DNA of 64,000 bases from the human T2T-CHM13v2.0 reference genome, Homo sapiens: the NCBI RefSeq assembly GCF_009914755.1, contig NC_060925.1. One strand, given 5' to 3'. Made by a program: the position numbers and the translations under genes. Numbering within the stretch: position 1 is the first letter of the stretch; each line of letters begins with the position of its first letter. The notes under the pieces were generated by a model. It saw only the letters and a program-made list of their open reading frames with translations. It had not been told where the DNA came from and searched no databases. Positions 60,335 through 64,000 of this stretch are shown here, in pieces.

Positions 60335-61466
60335 CCACCACTCCAACAATAGCCAGCAGTGTGACCTTAGGCTGGCCACTCATACACTCTCTGAATCTCA
60401 GTTTCCCATTTATTACATGAGTATAATAAAGCAATCATGGAAAAAATGAACAGGAAAATGCAATTCTTAGAAATAACATCAATCATGGACCATTTTGTGA
60501 TTATCTTTCCAAGCCTACAGAAGAAACACCACTCCCCAAGGGTAGGAATGGAATTTACCTGTAAGGGAATAAATGTTCTGTCAATTATTCAATAAAGTTG
60601 TTAACCCAAGAGAAAGAAATGATCCAGGGTTGTGGATCATTGCTTTCTGGTGATGCATGAGGATTTCTCCAGCACGGACAGCCTGGAGAAGAGTGGGCTG
60701 CCCTGGTCATGCCAAGCTGGGCCAGAGAAAGCAGTGTAGCCAGCCTCCATGTTTTATCATCAGCTTCAGGGATTGCAGCAGTACAGGTACCCCCAGTGCA
60801 GGAAGAGAGCCACATTCAGAGAAGTCAACATCTGAGGCAACAGGGGCACAGCCCTATTATCAATGGTGCAAGCAAATAGCAGTGACTCTTTGGACACATG
60901 GACACTAGGGCCATGCCATGAGAAGAGCTGTAGCCTTGCAGAAGGATATTTTCCAGCAGGAAGATAGGTGATAGCTACTAAGTCTATAGAAAATTGATCC
61001 ATGTGAGGTGGTTAATCCCGGCCCTGGTCTTGGACCAGGTTGGTCCTGAAAACCTGCTCAGCAAAGGAAAAGCCCAATCAGGATGTAGCCCACCTGCTAC
61101 CAGTCCCTGCTCTGCCCCCAAATCACTGCCATCTTAGGCAGGTCCCCACCCCTATCTGGCTCTAGTTTCTTCCTCTCAACCCAATGACCTCAAAGTCAGA
61201 TAGCCTCTGAGAGATGCCAGTTAAAAATGATTTAGCATGTGTATCACCTTTCTTTTCTTCATCTGGGGAAAAATTCTCAGACCAGAGGATCTGCTGGAAG
61301 AATTTCTTTCCCTGCATTCGTTTAGCATATCAATTCTCACATTTTCTGCTTGAACTTCAGAGCAAAGAACGTGGAAAGCTGAGCCTTTGCCTATTTGACG
61401 CACAGTTTTGCATATTCTCCTGGACTCTGTCAGGTCCTCTTTGCCCTTGAGTTACCCATCACAGAC

Positions 61467-61589
61467 CTGCCCTGCTCCCCAGTTAAGGCAAAGCCCATTC
61501 TCTCCACAGCTGACTGGGGCAGCTGCCCTGCTCCCCAGTTAAGGCAAAGCCCATTCTCTCCACAGCTGACTGGGGCAGCTGCCCTGCTC
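61467..61589 (+). repeat. Perfect 56-bp tandem duplication (2.2 copies)
   Basis: ctgccctgctccccagttaaggcaaagcccattctctccacagctgactggggcag twice, then ctgccctgctc. Confidence 0.97.
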
Positions 61590-61984
61590 ATACATCTCCA
61601 CTCCTCCTGCAGAGAGTAAAGGCCCACACCAAAGGGGGATGCAGAGAATGAGGAACAAGCAATGAAAGAACTCCAGAAGGGGGTTGTAGGTATAAGCCGG
61701 TTGTGGGAAAGCTATGGTTTGCAAGGCTGATCAAACAAAACCAAAGCAACCGATGTTCTGTTGGAGCCTGTGGCCTGCCACAGAGCCATATCTGAGTAAG
61801 AGGCTTGCTAGCTTTTGGATACTTCAATTTCAGCAGCATCCAGAGCCCCTAGGCTCCTTTCAGAGGTGGAAGAAGAAGGGAAAGCCAATCTATGACAAGA
61901 TGCCCTTCCTCCCCTGTAGCACTTTGTCCTTTGCTCACTCCACAATAAAATTGCAGTCCCAGAAAGAGTTTCCAGAAACGGCCT

Positions 61985-62337
61985 TCGGAGGTCTCTCAGC
62001 CAGCTGGGGGGGGTCATCTGATCCAGGCTGGGCTTAGCTGGGCAACTCCCAGCTGTGGGTTTGGCCTGAGTCAGCTATACATTTGCCTCACTCTCCTGGA
62101 TCCAGCCAACTAACTGGATATGTTCTTCTCATGGCAGTGGCAGCCTCTTGAGGCCTAGCTCAAGCTGGCACCACATGATTTCTGCCTTTTTCCACTGGCC
62201 AGTGCAAATCACCTGACCAAGCTCAAAGTTAAAGGCCAGGGAAATATACTTTGCCTTAGGAGGAAGAACTACAAAGCCATGTGGAAAGCACATACATACA
62301 GGGAGAGGTAAAGTGAGGCCAATAGTGCAATCTACAA
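61985..62337 (-). mobile_element. MLT1H-like LTR fragment
   Basis: gttcttctcatggcagtggc..cctcttgaggcctag..gaactacaaagcca..catacagggagagg. Confidence 0.7.
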
Positions 62338-63769
62338 AAGGAATGAGTCTCACAGGGTTTCATAGTTGATGGGACCCTTTCTCACACTTTCTTAATTTAC
62401 TCTTCATAATAACCCTGAGACATGGTGATTACATCTCCATTTTATAAGTGAAGAAATTAGAACTCAGAAAGAAGAGACATGCCAAGATCACACGATCATT
62501 AAACATAAAAGTGGGTACACCAAGCTCTTCATCCAACCTTAAGTCCAGAATCTTTGTCATAACCCCAATTCTGGCTTTCCTTAAGGAGATCCTATGAAAC
62601 TTGGGATTTGTGAAAGAGTCCCCCATTACTGGTGTCCAGTGACAAATTTTATGGAAGGCAAAAAGAGCCTTGGTTTTCTTAACCATAAAATAAAAGATCT
62701 GGAAGAAATCAGGAGCAGCAAAATTCTGGCACACATGCTGCCAACAGCCACTCCCACATTCATGGCAGGCATCACCAATCAATGACAGCACTCTTTCCTC
62801 ATAAGCCTCAGAATCTTTCTCCATACAGCACTGCAAACAGCCACTGTTATTGAGCTAGAGAGGACACAGAAGATGAACACTATTTGTAAATGTTGTGTAA
62901 ACCTTTTCTGAGTCCCATTCAGCCCCAAATGCCTATGATTCTGAAACTAACAACACTGTGGAACGACAGTGTGGAGAGGACACTGGATGGGATCAGAATT
63001 GATTCTAGTCCAAGCTCTGCTATAGCTGTGACCTAGAAAAGACATTAGACTTCTCTGAGCACGGTTGCATCAGTTTTGTGACCTCAAAAACCGTTTACTT
63101 TAATTCCATAAACATCAACTGAGTGCCTATTGTGTGCCAAACACTGCTATCAAGGGACTAAAGAAATAAATGAGACATCTATTATGAATGAGACTGCCTC
63201 CCTTGGAAGGAAGGCAGGGGAATCAGGGGATGCTCTGATTTCTGAGGTCCAGTTCAATGCCAATATTTCACCAACATTAAAAAGCGCAAGATATTACCAT
63301 GGGACTCATAGATCCTGCAGGCTCCCCAAGCTTGAAGATCTCCTCCCAGGAAGGAGCATGGGGTTTTTGATGAGAGGATCTGACCTCAGAGCAGGGATTA
63401 CCATGTTCTACTGTTCTCCATGGCTCCCAGAGTAAAAGGCAAATGCTTTTCTAAGCCAAACCTTTCCAGGTTCATCTTTCAGATTTTAGGGTCCGATAGA
63501 CCTGAGTATGAATCCCATCTCTGTTGCTTACTCTTCTTATAACCTTGGGTCATCTAGTTACTTGCTGATCATCTGGTTTTCTTACAAGAAAATGGGGAGA
63601 ACAATCATCACTGCCACGTGTGGTTGTCTTGTATATTATTAAACAAGCAACTCTATGCAAATAACTGCAACACACAGATGTTCTAAAAGAGTTCACATCT
63701 CTTTCCTTCCTCTTCTTCACACGTCCCATGCCCCAGCTCAGAGCTTCCCACCCTAGTTGCACAAGAGTC

Positions 63770-63930
63770 TCTGGTGGGCTTTTAAAAAATAGAGATGCCC
63801 AAGATCCCCACCCAGACCAAGGGAATCAGAACTTGTGGGGATGGAGATCAGGGAATTATGTTTATTGAACCTACACGCACCCTGCCCCTGTCAGATGATG
63901 TTAAGTGCAGTCACAGTTGAGAACCACTGC
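63770..63930. mobile_element. MER5A
   Basis: cccacccagacc..gaatcagaact..gttgagaaccactgc. Confidence 0.75.
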
Positions 63931-63937
63931 TCTAACT

Positions 63938-63967
63938 GCATTAGTCCAGAGAAACAGAACCAATAGA

Positions 63968-64000
<33 letters not shown>
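63938..64000 (-). mobile_element. MLT2 LTR 3' end running off the window, with (TACATA)n
   Basis: tgcattagtccagagaaacagaaccaatagaatatacatatacata. Confidence 0.7.

Noticed and set aside
60585-61080. Unique purine-rich stretch that looked like a processed pseudogene fragment
   Set aside because: No recognisable protein in the frames examined and no poly(A) or TSD; BLASTX would be needed to exclude it fully
61467-61589. Hairpin-containing direct repeats suggestive of a CRISPR-like array
   Set aside because: Only two contiguous identical units, no spacers, eukaryotic context; a simple tandem duplication

Overview
Primate (almost certainly human) non-coding genomic DNA. I find no credible protein-coding gene, exon chain, tRNA/rRNA or CRISPR array. 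The long ORFs I could trace come from repeats, and none of the rest shows a recognisable product. Much of the window is interspersed repeat: the 5' end of an L1PA, a full-length SVA, a twin-primed L1PA2, about 17 Alus, many MaLR/ERV solo LTRs (several nested, with readable TSDs), MIR/L2 and MER DNA transposons. Four things stand out. (i) A repeat-free ~1.3 kb block at 50.8-52.1 kb looks like a conserved non-coding element and holds a degenerate ~330-bp palindrome, with five complementary blocks sharing one axis near 51,382. (ii) A BC200 (BCYRN1) retrocopy ends inside the unique 3' domain and has no added poly(A). (iii) An open, extended L1 ORF0 crosses the antisense splice donor. (iv) Several local duplications or templated insertions of unique DNA are present. 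Repeat subfamily calls come from recalled consensus motifs, not an alignment, and boundaries of old repeats are approximate. I cannot support a claim of a wholly new biological system; the cryptic palindrome is the best lead.
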